Shown here one piece after another: positions 1-13,249 of a stretch of 64,000 bases of DNA (positions within the stretch are counted from its first letter, which is position 1; every line of letters starts with the position of its first letter). The stretch spans positions 126,852,001 through 126,916,000 of the forward strand of contig OX597818.1 in NCBI GenBank assembly GCA_951406725.2, written 5' to 3'. The translations under genes were made by a program, and so were the position numbers. Under the pieces are notes generated by a model, which searched no databases, was not told the DNA's origin, and saw nothing but the letters and a program-made list of their open reading frames with translations. This DNA comes from Octopus vulgaris (taxonomy: Eukaryota).

Positions 1-533
1 TGTATGTATCTGAACATATAATAATTAACAAATAAATATAGAAATATACGTATCGTAACAATAAATAATCGAATAAAATTTAACAATATTAATGAAAAAT
101 AAAATCATAACATCTTATTGAAGAATACCAGTCAACTGAAATTGTAAATTTTAAACTTAGAACCTAGTGTTTCTAAGAAATTTATCACGTGGAAACATGA
201 CATAAATAATAACTAGAGAATAAATTGATAGAAATATGTATCTTAGCTGTGAAAATAAGAAATAAACTAGATGTAACATACCATTTATTGAAAAATTCTA
301 AATTCTCAATAATTTAAGACTAAAATACGTAAAATACATAAAATATACTAAATTTCTATAACTTAATCTATATTCATCAATCTATTTATTTATTTTATAA
401 ACAATTTGGTTTAGTCTAATTCTAATTGTGCAATATACCCTACATAATCTACTGCTAATTTATACTCATTATACAACTACAATTTATAACTACAAAAATT
501 AGTAACATAAATCAGTGTTTATATACACACAAA

Positions 534-1250
534 TTAGCTAAACTTATTATATAAATAATTTAACTTATGCCTACATGTAATTTTTCGCTCATCTTGCAAA
601 TTAATGAATTTTTTATTATTAGATAGTAATATCTCCATAAATTCATTTGTACATAGTAAACAAAAATGTTTACCTATTCGATAAGATTTAGATTTACAAA
701 CTATTTCCCAATTTAAATTATACTTAGTTCCTTTAGATTTCAATCCCCATACATATTTGCTAAGGCCAGTAGAATTGGTCAATGTTTTATTTTTAAATGA
801 ATGCATGTGTTGAGCTACCCTTAATTTAATTTTATTAGAAGTCGACCCCACGTAAATCGCATTTAAATTATAGCTATTCCTATTAATATTTTCATCAATC
901 AAAGTCACTACACATTTATATACTACATCATCCAAATTACATTTATTTTAAAATTTACATTTTGTCATATCTCTACATGTACAATTAATTATATTCTGGT
1001 CTTTATTATTATTAGAATAATTATTCAATTTGTTAATGTAAGACTTATTCAGCTTAAATTTATTAAAAGAACAAATAATGTTACCAATATTATTAGTAGT
1101 AGAATAACCAACTCCAAAATTATTACTAGAAAGAAATGTTATATTTTTATTATCTATAATGAATACTTCAATTAGTTTTAATATCTCTTTAATAATGTTT
1201 CTTTTAACTTGAGCCCCATAAGAAATAATTATATAAATTTTATTTTGTTC
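534..1250 (-). mobile_element. Penelope-like retroelement remnant (Cys linker plus GIY-YIG endonuclease), decayed
   Basis: ORF 534-935 has VVYKC...IYVGSTSNKIKLRVAQH...STGLSKYVWGLK...NWEIV...CLLC..E...CRH, typical of PLE GIY-YIG domains. The same frame upstream reads NCTCRDMTKCKF*NKC (stop at 948-950). No RT core seen. Confidence 0.8.
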
Positions 1251-1639
1251 TTATTATTAACATTATTTATTTTTATTAAATTATTATATCTATTATTATC
1301 ATTAAACAATTAAATTTATTTTTATCTTTTAGTCTATTATATTTGTTTTTTGTATTATCGTAATTCCTATTATTAAAACCATAATTACCTAAATAATATA
1401 TATATATTTATACACGTGTTGAGGCTGTAAGTACGTATGCATGTTTGTATACATGCATGTGCGTTTGTAAGTATGAATTTATGCATGTATATATATATAT
1501 GTATTTACATATGTATGCATGAATGTCTGTATGAATTACGTATGCACGCGTGTATTAATTTATACATATATATGTATGTATGTGTGTGTATGTATGTATC
1601 TCTCTATGTATGCATTCATGTATGTACACATAGATTGAA

Positions 1640-2405
1640 GCACTGTGACGTTAGAGTTGGGTGCGTTAATTGTAAACATCTGCAAGGTGAAATATTGGAA
1701 GAGTGGCGAATGTAGCACATAAGGCACTCTTTAGAACGTGTGAATATAGCGTAATTTAGAGATAAGCTAAATCCGTTTTGACAAGATGTACATAGCATCA
1801 CGGTATGATATAGAATACATAGCCATGCTATGGTGATAGGGTGTACGTTTACAGGGTGCTCTAAAAGTAACAAAAAAAGGATAAATCCATGTGTCACATG
1901 TGAAGAAACATGCCTTTGTCTTGGTGAACACGATGTAATCAAACTTTGACGCAGTGAAACAATAAAAGATATTGAAAAAAAGGGGAGGAGCATGTAAAGA
2001 AACAGTACGGCATGTCGTAGAATGAATAAGATTATTTAGAACAGAAATGAAATATCAAATTTTCAAAATGCATAGAGTAAAGAATTAAAGAGAATTACAT
2101 ACCATGAAAGGAACATTTGGACATGACGTAATATAAATTGACATGATAAAAAAATAAAATATGAGACTTGACGAATGAAAAACATCACTAGACGACGTGG
2201 AATAAATAAGATACTTAAAGAAAAGTCACAAGTGACGCACTGAATACAATCCGGAAAATAACAGAAAATCAAAAATATATGGAACTAATTAACAGTCAGT
2301 TCATACTCCGAACAAAACAAGTTTACATCACACAAAGAAGATCCACGTTGTGGCATAGTGAACAGTTAGGTGTGACGCAGTGAAGCTGCATCATATATAC
2401 AAATG

Positions 2406-2502
<97 letters not shown>

Positions 2503-3400
2503 TTGTGTGTGTATACATGATGTTATGATACCATTTTTTGACGTAACATAGAAAAGGACTGTGAAATACTTGGAAACGGCACACGGCGAAACGAAATTGT
2601 GACAGCGAGACAGTACTTAGAATAAACATATTAACATAACGTCGTAGAAATATATCTACATAGACAACATGAAGTAGGATATAGTATTCTAAAGTGTAGA
2701 GAAAAATGAAAGGTATGATATGACGAAGGATGAATAAGACAGTGTAACTTAGTAACATAAGTGAAATTGTGCAAAAGATCAATGTAATAGAGTGAGGATA
2801 AGACGCAACATAGATCAGTGTACATTGTAACGTAGAATACAGACGGGGACATCAAACGTGACGTGAGAGAAAAGAATTGATCCAATATTAATGCAGCGGA
2901 AAATAGGTGATCATCATAGCGTGACGAAGGTGCAATGATGAACATGACGGAACGTGGAAGAAACAATGTACAGCACGGCGGGACGTAATAGAAATAATTT
3001 GATGTGCAATAGAACAGTGATCGGCAGTGTGACGAAGAAAGAACAACTGAACGTAACGCAGAGAATTACCTGCGGCATAATGTAGCAAACAGCGTTTGAT
3101 GAAAAATATACGTAATAACAATACAGTATGACGTAAAATATACGAGATGAGGTGACGTAGAATCAGGAACAGCACGTTAATACGTATGAAAAATGATAGA
3201 ACATAACGTACAAAAGAACAATCTTGGTGTGACGTAATGATCCACGGTGTTTGACGAAGAATAAAACTGTACCAAACGTATAGTAAAAAACAACACACCC
3301 TAACGAATTAAACAGTCACACCGTGACGTATAACACACAGCACGGCACAGTGTGACAACAGACGAACACTGTGATTTCTTGACGGACAGTACGACTATGA
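1640..3400. repeat. Highly degenerate ~25-bp tandem array with TGACGTA core
   Basis: Core or variants at 3129, 3153, 3180, 3204, 3230, 3252, 3274, 3301 and 3324 (spacing 22-27 bp). The motif continues, more decayed, to about 1645 and is interrupted by (TA)n/(TG)n at 2393-2515. Confidence 0.7.
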
Positions 3401-3438
3401 GTGTAGCGCTGATGACAGAGAAAATTTCGAATACCTAC

Positions 3439-3537
3439 ATTGCATCTACGTCTAGTTGGCCATGGCCAACCACTCTGCTCATGGCGAGAAGAGCTTTTAA
3501 TTCGGCTATCCTCTGGTCGGAGGATGTCCGTTTAACG
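3439..3537 (-). CDS. Neuropeptide precursor cassette exon C (PXXXamide / invertebrate PTH-like): VKR-TSSDQRIAELKALLAMSRVVGHGQLDVDA(I/M)
   Basis: Acceptor ttttacttcag|, donor AT|gtaggt; 99 bp, phase 2-2, open frame. Dibasic KR is followed by the SDQRxAELxALLA...GHGQLD motif, which I recall from PXXXamide/iPTH peptides (no search run). Confidence 0.85.
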
Positions 3538-3621
3538 CTGAAGTAAAATCAGAAATTTCATTTAAGAATGACTCCAAAGAAATACACACTGACGAACCTC
3601 GCAGAAACAGACTCACTCCCT

Positions 3622-3669
<48 letters not shown>

Positions 3670-3898
3670 CACACGCACATGCACACACATACACGCAATC
3701 ACAGATACACACGCATGTGTATGTATATACATATATACAATATATTTAATATTAAACCTATATAACAATACATATGTAATATGTGTTATTACATATTATA
3801 TATATATATGTATACACACGCACACACATATGCACAAATTTACATCCATTCACGCTCATACACAGGAACACGCATACATACATACATACACACACAAA

Positions 3899-3930
<32 letters not shown>

Positions 3931-3931
<1 letters not shown>

Positions 3932-4762
3932 CAGGGTGCAGTGAATAAATTGTCTAAATTACGAAAAAATGAAAGTAACACTGACATCTCATTTTAATAG
4001 ATATATTTACCAAAATTACATAGACTTTCTTGACATACTAAAGAATAGATTATTTAACAAAATCGCCATTGGCTTCAACCATGACCCCCAGACAACTTCG
4101 GAATCTCCTGCAACTCTCCTGCACGATCACCTTTTTTAAGTTGGTGAATGCTGCCATGATCCTTCCCTTTAGTTCATCTTTGGTGTTACAAGGAGTTTTG
4201 TTGGACTCTCGGTCAAATGCACCCCACACGTAATAATCAAGAGGGTTGTAGTCTGGGAAGTTATGTGGCCAGATGTTTGGGGTGATGGGGTCGCAGTAAT
4301 TGTCCTGCTTATATGGCATGGTGTAGTATCATGTTGCCAGACATATGGTCTCCTAGATGTCACCCTCTTCACCCAGGGCAGCACTACCTCCTCCAGGCAC
4401 TTAATGTAGGCCTTTCGTGTTGAGTCTGAGGCCGCGTGGGATGATGAATGGAGGCGTAAGCTCGCCGTCACTAGCGATCACTCCAAACACCATGATGTTG
4501 ACTAGATGTTTGATTTTTATCACTCTCAGTACATGTCCTCAGATTGACACCCAAACACTCTGAAATGTTCATATTGGAGCTTCTGGTGCAAATACCAAGC
4601 AGTACATCATGTCGTTTCAAAATTTCAGAGAGTGTGAATTGCGTCATAGTGCTTTTTTTCCCACAGTCGGTGCCCAAAGGATCCTACTATACTGTGTAGT
4701 CGATATGTGAATGCTCGAAATTAAAACTATACAGTAGCGATAATTTACTCATCGTACCCTCT
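3931..4762 (-). mobile_element. Tc1/mariner-superfamily transposon, internally deleted and frameshifted
   Basis: Transposase pieces YIKCLEEVVLPWVKRVTSRRPYVWQHDTTPCH and ITPNIWPHNFPDYNPLDYYVWG. Degenerate TIRs cagggtgcagtgaataaatt (~3932) and its reverse complement near 4743-4762. Confidence 0.85.
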
Positions 4763-4804
4763 GTGTGTGTATATACACACACAATACACGCACGCACACA
4801 CGCG

Positions 4805-4842
<38 letters not shown>

Positions 4843-5861
4843 TACACACACACACACACGCACATATGCACAAATACTATCCCCTCACACAAACCAATAT
4901 ACCATATAAATTTATGCTGAAATAATTGAAAGTATGATATTAACATGTTATAAACAATTGCAATAAATCAAATCATTATATTTTGACAGGCATATAATAC
5001 AACAATACAGAAGAATGAATATTTTCAAAAACAATGGTTTTGGTGTCATCATTTTACCACAATTTTTATAATCGAATTTGGTTTTCATGTTAATGATTCT
5101 TCTTTCACCTAACAAGAAAATATAGAGAAGTAGGGCAATAAAACAATATAATATCTGGCTCATATTTAAGTACAGTATATTAGTGGTATCTCAGTGCGTA
5201 TCTTAGTGCGGTAGTTCGTTCATTCGTTTGTTTGTTCGACGCAACATCTTTATTCTGCTGTGTGATGTAGAAAACAATACAATGATAGGAATATGATTAG
5301 GTCACAGAAATTGAATATACGAGTTAATTAGATGAGATTTAAACAAAGAGAAGAAACAGAAAACATTTGGGAAATATCATTTCGGAGTGGCTAGAAGCAG
5401 CAATATAGTAAACAGGAACCAGTTCGTATTATATACATCACTGTAAGCATGTAAAGCGCTCCCTGTCCACACAGACAAATAAACAAAAATGCCCCAAACA
5501 TACACTTCAAGTACATGCATGTAAATGGGTAAGCATATGTATATGTATATACATACACACTCACACACACATACACACATCCACACACACATTCAATATA
5601 TCGTTGTAGCTGTGATTGTGTTAGCCCATACCATAACAGTGTCGGAAGTGCAGTGAGATTAACTCAACTTCAGGAGATTTAACAGCACAAAGCAAACGAC
5701 TTAATAAGGTCTATTTTTTAATGGCTAATATTTTTCATGGTAAATCACCTACGCATAAGATGATGTAATTAAATATTTTATAAACAAACTTTATTTTAAC
5801 TTTCATTATACATAATACATACATGTATGTATGTATGTATGTATGTATGTATGTATGTATG

Positions 5862-5972
<111 letters not shown>

Positions 5973-6286
5973 AAAAAAACACACACACACACACATATAC
6001 AAATACATATATACATATACATGTATATATATACTACCCTATTTAAGTAGATTACATGAGACAAGATCCTGCGTGTACAAGGGAAGTATAATAAAAATAA
6101 ATATAAGTGTGTAAATATGTTTTTAATACCTACAGTAACTGCAACATTATCTATAATTACAGTAATAATACTCAGTTAATGATAAATCAGATGCAAAACT
6201 AAGCTACACAACTGTGTGTTTGTGTGTTTATGTGTGTGTCCGTGCCCCTGTGTCTGTGTATAAGTATGTGCATATGACAGTTATAT

Positions 6287-6338
<52 letters not shown>

Positions 6339-6399
6339 TATAGACACATATCTATATATATTTATAGAACTATAGACACACACACATACACACACTCAC

Positions 6400-6531
<132 letters not shown>

Positions 6532-7447
6532 ACATATGTATGTATGTATATGTATGTGTATGTGCGTATAGGTAGATAGATTAACAATTACGAGCTGATA
6601 ATATTTTCAAATGCACACACACACACACACACAGATACTCTGCCCACGCCTCTATTCATTGACCCCCGCTTTACGTTTTCTGTCATGTTGAAGAAATGTG
6701 ACATAGGAAAGAGAATGTCGATATAAGTAGAAAAATAATATGAAAATAAGACAAAAAGAACACGACAATATTGAGAACAACAAACGAGAAAAGAACTGAA
6801 ACGGAAACATAAAAAAAAAACGAGAGACCCCCAACAGCAACAGAACATTTAAACAGCAACAATAACAAGCAGAAAGAAGAATAAAGATAAAACGGATTGT
6901 AAGTAATAGCAAAATTGAAAATATAAGTGATTGAAATAAGAGTAAAGAAAATAATATATTGATTACAACAAAAACGATAATAATAAATATAAATAGCAGC
7001 TGAACAATAGAAGGCAGTACAAACTTTAGATATAGCAACATATAGCTACGTACAGATATGCATATACACACTCACGCATACATACAAATACACGCACACA
7101 CACATACAAACATATATAAACACATACACACATATCATTTGATGTACACTGTACTACAATAAGAGCTAATAGGAGTTTCAGGCTCTGAGCTCATGGTTTT
7201 GTTCTATTTGAAAAATATGACAAGCCACGGACTCAGAGCATAAAGGGTAGTTTGGAGACACAAGGTACGTTATAAAAACCTATCTAACAACGTGTCTTCA
7301 TGGCAAGAAACTATAAATGGTTCTTATTTTAATACAATGTATATTAAAAGATATTTATATTTATATTTCACACCGGATGGAATATATGTTTGTTGATTTG
7401 TAACAGAACAGTAAACTATATACATATTTTTATATATATATATATAT

Positions 7448-7519
7448 TTAAACACATAAGAGATGGCCATAATAGGACATCTGACTCTGTCCTATTATGG
7501 TCATCTCTTATGTGTTTAA
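7448..7519. other. 32-bp-arm inverted repeat (hairpin), 8-nt loop
   Basis: ttaaacacataagagatggccataataggaca (7448-7479) versus tgtcctattatggtcatctcttatgtgtttaa (7488-7519); one mismatch. Confidence 0.9.
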
Positions 7520-7601
7520 TTGTATATTATATAGTCTATTGACTATTTTTTCCTTCTCGCTAGACCACTGGTAGCGGAGAATTTTTTTGCTACCTTAAAA
7601 T

Positions 7602-7696
<95 letters not shown>

Positions 7697-8257
7697 TATA
7701 GATGCATCATGTATATTTGTATATATATATGCGTGTGTGTGTGTGAGTGCATGCGTGTGTGTGCGTGAGTGCATGCGTGTATTAGTGTGTGTGTGTGTGT
7801 GTGTGTGTGTAATTTTATTTTTCTGTTTCGAATTTCAATCCTTAAACTGCAAGCACACCATATTACACTAGGTCACTCGAGGCTACACTAGACCACAAGT
7901 GTCCACAACCACCAAATATTTTCGTTTCTCTGTCGCAGTACTCTTTTAGTCAAGTAATCATTATACCGAGCACCACTTTTCCACGTGTTATGGAATGACA
8001 ATGAGGGACGCAACACATATCACACCGGCAAGCATTTAAAAACTTTTATGGACACATACATATATATACACATGGTGTCATACACAGACTAATACATAGA
8101 ATCATTTTCGAAAGGGTTTTTCAACCGAATATTTACTATTAACTATAGCTTTATATGTACTTCGAGATTCAAAAAAGAGAGTTATTCTATGCTCTCTTGA
8201 ATGTTCATATAATTCCCATTACAGCAACATATACATATACTTACATACATATGTATA

Positions 8258-8305
<48 letters not shown>

Positions 8306-8510
8306 AGCAACACAGTATAGATAGACCAGACTATCAAATGTTGCTGTACACCGTTGATCACAGTGCGCTTTCTCATTGTTTTAGCTCCCGAATGATGCCA
8401 CCACAGTGCTTATGCGGGCAGACCTATATTACTCTTAAATGGAACCCTGGTTTGTAGCAGGGGCCCCCATTTTCAGTTGGTGGATTGTAATACATACCTT
8501 CATACGTACC

Positions 8511-8592
<82 letters not shown>

Positions 8593-8780
8593 CATAAATA
8601 CATGCCTATATACATATGTACAAACACGCAAACAACATTTATCAATCAACAAATTGAGAAGGAGAGCAATGTTACTGGAGGATAGAACATAAAACTTTGC
8701 GTCTTTTCTATTCCTGAAAATGGATTTTTCATGGCTTAGCAGGATTTTGGCTTTTACTGTTTTTTTGTATTTTACTGTAC

Positions 8781-8900
8781 CTGGCGTGTACATCGACTAC
8801 CCCACAGGCAACCTCGACACAACCCGGTGGTACAATGCCACCAAGTGCTAACCATGCTTGGTATTCAGCTGTTTTAATATCGCCTGTCTGGCGCTTCGAT
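8781..8900 (-). CDS. Neuropeptide precursor cassette exon B: SKR-QTGDIKTAEYQAWLALGGIVPPGCVEVACGVVDVHA(S/R)
   Basis: Acceptor ttttacctgtttacag|, donor AG|gtacag; 120 bp, phase 2-2. KR is followed by Gln, a C-x4-C pair is present, and it aligns with exons A and C. It lies inside track ORF 8729..8977. Confidence 0.85.
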
Positions 8901-9528
8901 CTGTAAACAGGTAAAACAACACACAAATGGACATCAACAATAATGACAGAACAATTTGACACGTCGATAAGAAACAAACGTTATAAATACGAGAAGGAAT
9001 GCGAAGGAAAATTGCACATATCAACGTAAAAGGTAATGACAAAATAAAATCAATACTGCTTTTTGTAATAGCATAACAATTATAATGTGACTAACTATGT
9101 GAAATGTGGGGAACGGGTATCATTGGATAAAGATAACTATAGAAGAGGCAATGGAGTTTTACTGGAAGTGGAGGTGGTTGGTAGGGTAACACGATATTCC
9201 TTTAACAAATGGTCAAAATATTTACTTAAATATTACTATATACACGTGCATATGTGTGTATGTGTGCGTAAAATGGCCATATATATACTTATACATTAAT
9301 ATCTGTGTATATGCATATACTATTTATATGCATTAAATGATCTATGGAAATTGAACTCCGAGTCTGCTGTAATGTGTATAGCCGTGTTAACTACGACACA
9401 AGAGTGATAAATTATTTAGCTACCTAAATCAGAAGTTTAACCAAGCCATATTAGCGGCTTATGAAGTGTGAACCTCAGCCCACACAGTATGAAGGTAGAG
9501 TACTATGTATAATATACATATATAAGCG

Positions 9529-9633
<105 letters not shown>

Positions 9634-9862
9634 AATATTTATGAATGAAATGGTACAAAAATTTGAACTGTAAAAAATTGAATCTATCATTGCTACGTTG
9701 TTAATTATTGGTATAACACAAAACACGAAAAAAAATATTAACAATGTAATGCATTGACCATTTACTTAAGGATTTGAGGCGGGTAAGTCAGAAAGGGCTT
9801 TGGTTTAGGTCTTGACTAGGTAAAAGGATAGTGTTTGGGGGTTGAACTAGAGCTTACTATAC

Positions 9863-9976
9863 CTCTTTTCAATATCAACTAACCCACACGCTACCTGGGT
9901 GCAGGTAATGTTTCTGGACAATGCCATCAGTGCCCGATACTCAGCCGCTCGCATATCAGCTAGCTGTCGTTTAAAT
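9863..9976 (-). CDS. Neuropeptide precursor cassette exon A: FKR-QLADMRAAEYRALMALSRNITCTQVACGLVDIEK(S/R)
   Basis: Acceptor cccctgcttacag|, donor AG|gtatag; 114 bp, phase 2-2. KR is followed by Gln, a C-x4-C pair is present, and homology to exon B is clear (D..AEY.A..AL ... VACG.VD). Confidence 0.87.
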
Positions 9977-10240
9977 CTGTAAGCAGGGGTTGTAGAAATG
10001 CATGCATTACATAAGGTGTTCTGTTACATATTCTCTTTATATCATACATAGCATGAACACTTTTCAAAAAATATGATCCATATACCGAAATATATTTTTA
10101 TGTCAAAATTGAATCCATTACTTTTCATACAGTGTCTGACTTAACGAGAATTGTTTATAGTTGCTAAGCCTGGGCCACTGCACAAATTAGTTTAACAGCC
10201 TGTGGGTTACGTAACATTTTCTACTTAGCTAATGGATACC

Positions 10241-10470
10241 TATTTTTTTATTACCCACAAGGGGCCAAACACAGAGGGGACAAACAAGGACAGACATAGG
10301 TATTAAGTCGATTACATCGACCCCAGTGTGTAACTGGTACTTAATTTATCGACCCCGAAAGGATGAAAGGCAAAGTCGACCTCGGCGGAATTTGAACTCA
10401 CAACGTAACGCAGACGAAATACCGCTAAGCATTTCACCCGGCGTGCTAACGTTTCTGCCAGCTCGCCGCC
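10241..10470 (-). mobile_element. SINE family B (ggcggcgagctggcagaaacgttagcacgccggg head), full length with TSD
   Basis: Direct repeat ttagctaatggatacc at 10225-10240 and 10471-10486. B-box-like gagttcaaattcc is present, and other copies occur in the window. Confidence 0.9.
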
Positions 10471-10989
10471 TTAGCTAATGGATACCATTTACTTCACTCA
10501 TCAACCCTGTTCTCGGTGCTAGTCACTTAAGCAGACACTGACGAGGGCGAGACAGCTTGAAGCTCGTCTTCTTGTCTCCTTGTCCGTGTTTGTTCATCGT
10601 TTGGTTGCATACACTCAAGGCCTATTCCACAACTGATCCCAACATAATTTCAGCAAAGCACATGACTGGAACACTTAAAAGTATTTTTAAATGTTTTAAT
10701 TCTATAATTATCCTTCGTATTACAGACTTCTTTTAAAATATGTTCAAATTTATACAAATCATGAGTCTATAAACAGAGCAATTTGACTGAACATAATCTT
10801 TGTTTATTTTTTGTTTTGTCATATACCTAGTTAGTTTTTCATCTGTCGTTAAAATCCGTATTGATCCATACATACTAATGGTTTTAAAAAATTTTTCTAT
10901 CGATACCTGAAATTGTTTTCGTTATTTAATTTCCAATGATAAGCTCTGATTCTTTCATTAACTTGCATTTCAAATTATTACATCTATAT

Positions 10990-11210
10990 CAGTGGTTTTC
11001 AACCAGGGTTCCGCGGAACCTTAGGGTTCCGCCAGTACAGTCCAGGAGTTCCGCAAGAAGTTACAAAAATGCTAAAATCGGCAGTAATTTTTAATTCTCC
11101 TGTGCAGATATGTGTGCATAAAAGACAATTAAATTATTGCACAGGGGTTCCTCGAGCCAGTGGAATGTTTCCTTGGGGTTCCGCTCCAGCAAAAAGGTTG
11201 AAAAGCACTG
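10990..11210. mobile_element. hAT (Charlie-like) MITE
   Basis: TIRs CAGTGGTTTTCAACC ... GGTTGAAAAGCACTG; 8-bp TSD atctatat / atctattt; subterminal ggggttcc motifs. Confidence 0.9.
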
Positions 11211-13249
11211 ATCTATTTGTATGCATTCAAAGTATCTTACAATCTATAAGTTTCGTCTCTGAGTTCTCTTAAGTTCAAATCCCATTGGGATCTACTTTGA
11301 TTTTGTTCCTGATAAAATAAGTACATGTCAAACATTGCAGTAGATTAAATCAACACTGATATCATAAACTGTATGGCTTTAAGTTACAGTTGTTGGCAAT
11401 TAACCATTTACTGCCTCCCTTGTACGTAAGTTCACAACGCAGGCAAAACCCCATATAAATTTATGTTCGATTATAAACTCGTATTTTAGGTAAACGATAT
11501 ACATTGTATATAAGGCTTAAACATTTATTTTATCTCTCGGCTTGTAAACATACATTCGCACATACATACATACATGCACATGTGTATATGTACATAAGTT
11601 TATATATCTGTATATATGTATGTATGTCTAGTAAGTTTGCTTTCTAATCACACTTCTCCTGTGCCTCAGATGCATCCAAACCTTTCGAAATTCCATAGAC
11701 AGAAACTGTGTAGAAGCCGTCGGATGAACTGTATTTTCTAAGGAGGAAACTTAATCCAACGACCGACGAATATCACTTGGTTGGCTTTTCACTTTGTTGC
11801 ATGCATTCGGCCTGCATTCAGTAATGCCTAGCAAAAAAGACATGGCCACTGCTATTTCTCTTACGTAGACGTAACAAAATGTGAGAGGCTAATATGATAC
11901 AATTATATGTATAATGTAAATAAGTGAATTATTACAGGTATCTTTAAAGGGCTAATGATTTGGTTCAGGGCCCGTATAAATAACGAGCTTCCCAGTGTCC
12001 CTAACAGCAGAATACCTTCAAAAATTAAGTTAAACAAGCAGTAATAGGTCGATCTGTAAGGAAAATACCTCTGTTTCACTTACACTTACTCGACTTCGTG
12101 GGACGAGAAGGAGAAAGAGAAAGAGAAAGAGAAAGAGAGAGGAAGGGAGAGAGAGACGATGGGAAGACAGTGGGCTTCTCTCTACCGTACATAATATTCC
12201 TAAATCTATGATTTATTTTGAGTTGCCTGGAACCTTTACTGAAAGCGAGCACAAAATAGTTAAATGAAGATTCGGGGTCATACTTTTTAATACCGTCAAG
12301 CGAATTTGACCCAACCGAGTGCTCTGTCACACTTCAAACTCATGATCGAGAGCCTACTTGCCTGATTACAAAACCAAGTGTAATCAAGTGTGTGTGTGTG
12401 TGTGCACGCGCTTTGTAATTCCAATTCTATATATATACAATTATCAGTACTTTCTTCGTTTTTGAGAATTATTCTCCTTTAAACTTTACTGGAATTTCCG
12501 TTATGCACCACACAGTAAAAGCAGTATGTGTTTTAATGCCAGCACATAGATAATGCATTGAAACCGTAAAGTGTCGGCATTCTCAGCCAAATGTAACATA
12601 TACTATAGCTGACTTATATGTCATCTTCCTATGTGATAAATCAAGTGAGTTATTAGATGTACGCAATTTCTGGCATTAATCAATAAACAGCTATTTCTAA
12701 TCCTAAGCATCGAAACATTCTTCAAGAGTCTAAACATGGAGAACGTAAATTCCTCTTCAGGTTATATTTTTTATTTAATATATTTTAATACCCCACTTAT
12801 TACTCGGACTATGTTTGGCTAATTAAAATCATAAAGATCTCAAAAAAGTGCATCACTGTGATCGATTTTGTCTGGATTGTAAGCTACAGATTTCATGCAG
12901 TGGCCTTTATGCTTTTAGTCATTCATAGCTGCTTCGTATCTTAGTAAGTAAATTTGAGTTTCCTGTTGCTTTTGTAGTCTTTTATTGTTACTTACGAGTA
13001 ATTATGTTTGTCAGCTAATTCAGTACCATTGAAAAAAATCAATATGCAAGTGACAAAGAAAGTAAAATCTTCTTTCCAAACACACATATAGTATATGTAC
13101 TCTTTTACTTGTTTTAGCCATGAGGTTACGGTCATGCTGGAGCATCGCATCGCATACATACATACACGCACATACATACACACGCACATACACACAAACA
13201 TATCAAGTCTTGCCTCTCTCTAGCCCCCACTTTTCACTTTCGCTACCTG

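Noticed and set aside
1640-3400. CRISPR-like reading of the repeat and spacer pattern (also the 32-bp triplication at 23097)
   Set aside because: Eukaryotic context, no cas genes, a core of only ~7 degenerate bp, and no spacers in the 32-mer.
3455-3470. 16-bp palindrome gttggccatggccaac
   Set aside because: It lies within exon C and is explained by the codons for V-G-H-G-Q.
4948-5108. Strong acceptor-like tract ttctctatattttcttgttag| at ~5109
   Set aside because: In phase 2 it gives Arg-stop at once, with no amidation signal or peptide homology.
7543-7567. Candidate terminal exon cag|T GGT CTA GCG AGA AGG AAA AAA TAG (S-G-L-A-R-R-K-K-stop)
   Set aside because: Gly is not followed directly by basic residues, the pyrimidine tract is poor, and it lies upstream of cassette C so it cannot be shared by all three.
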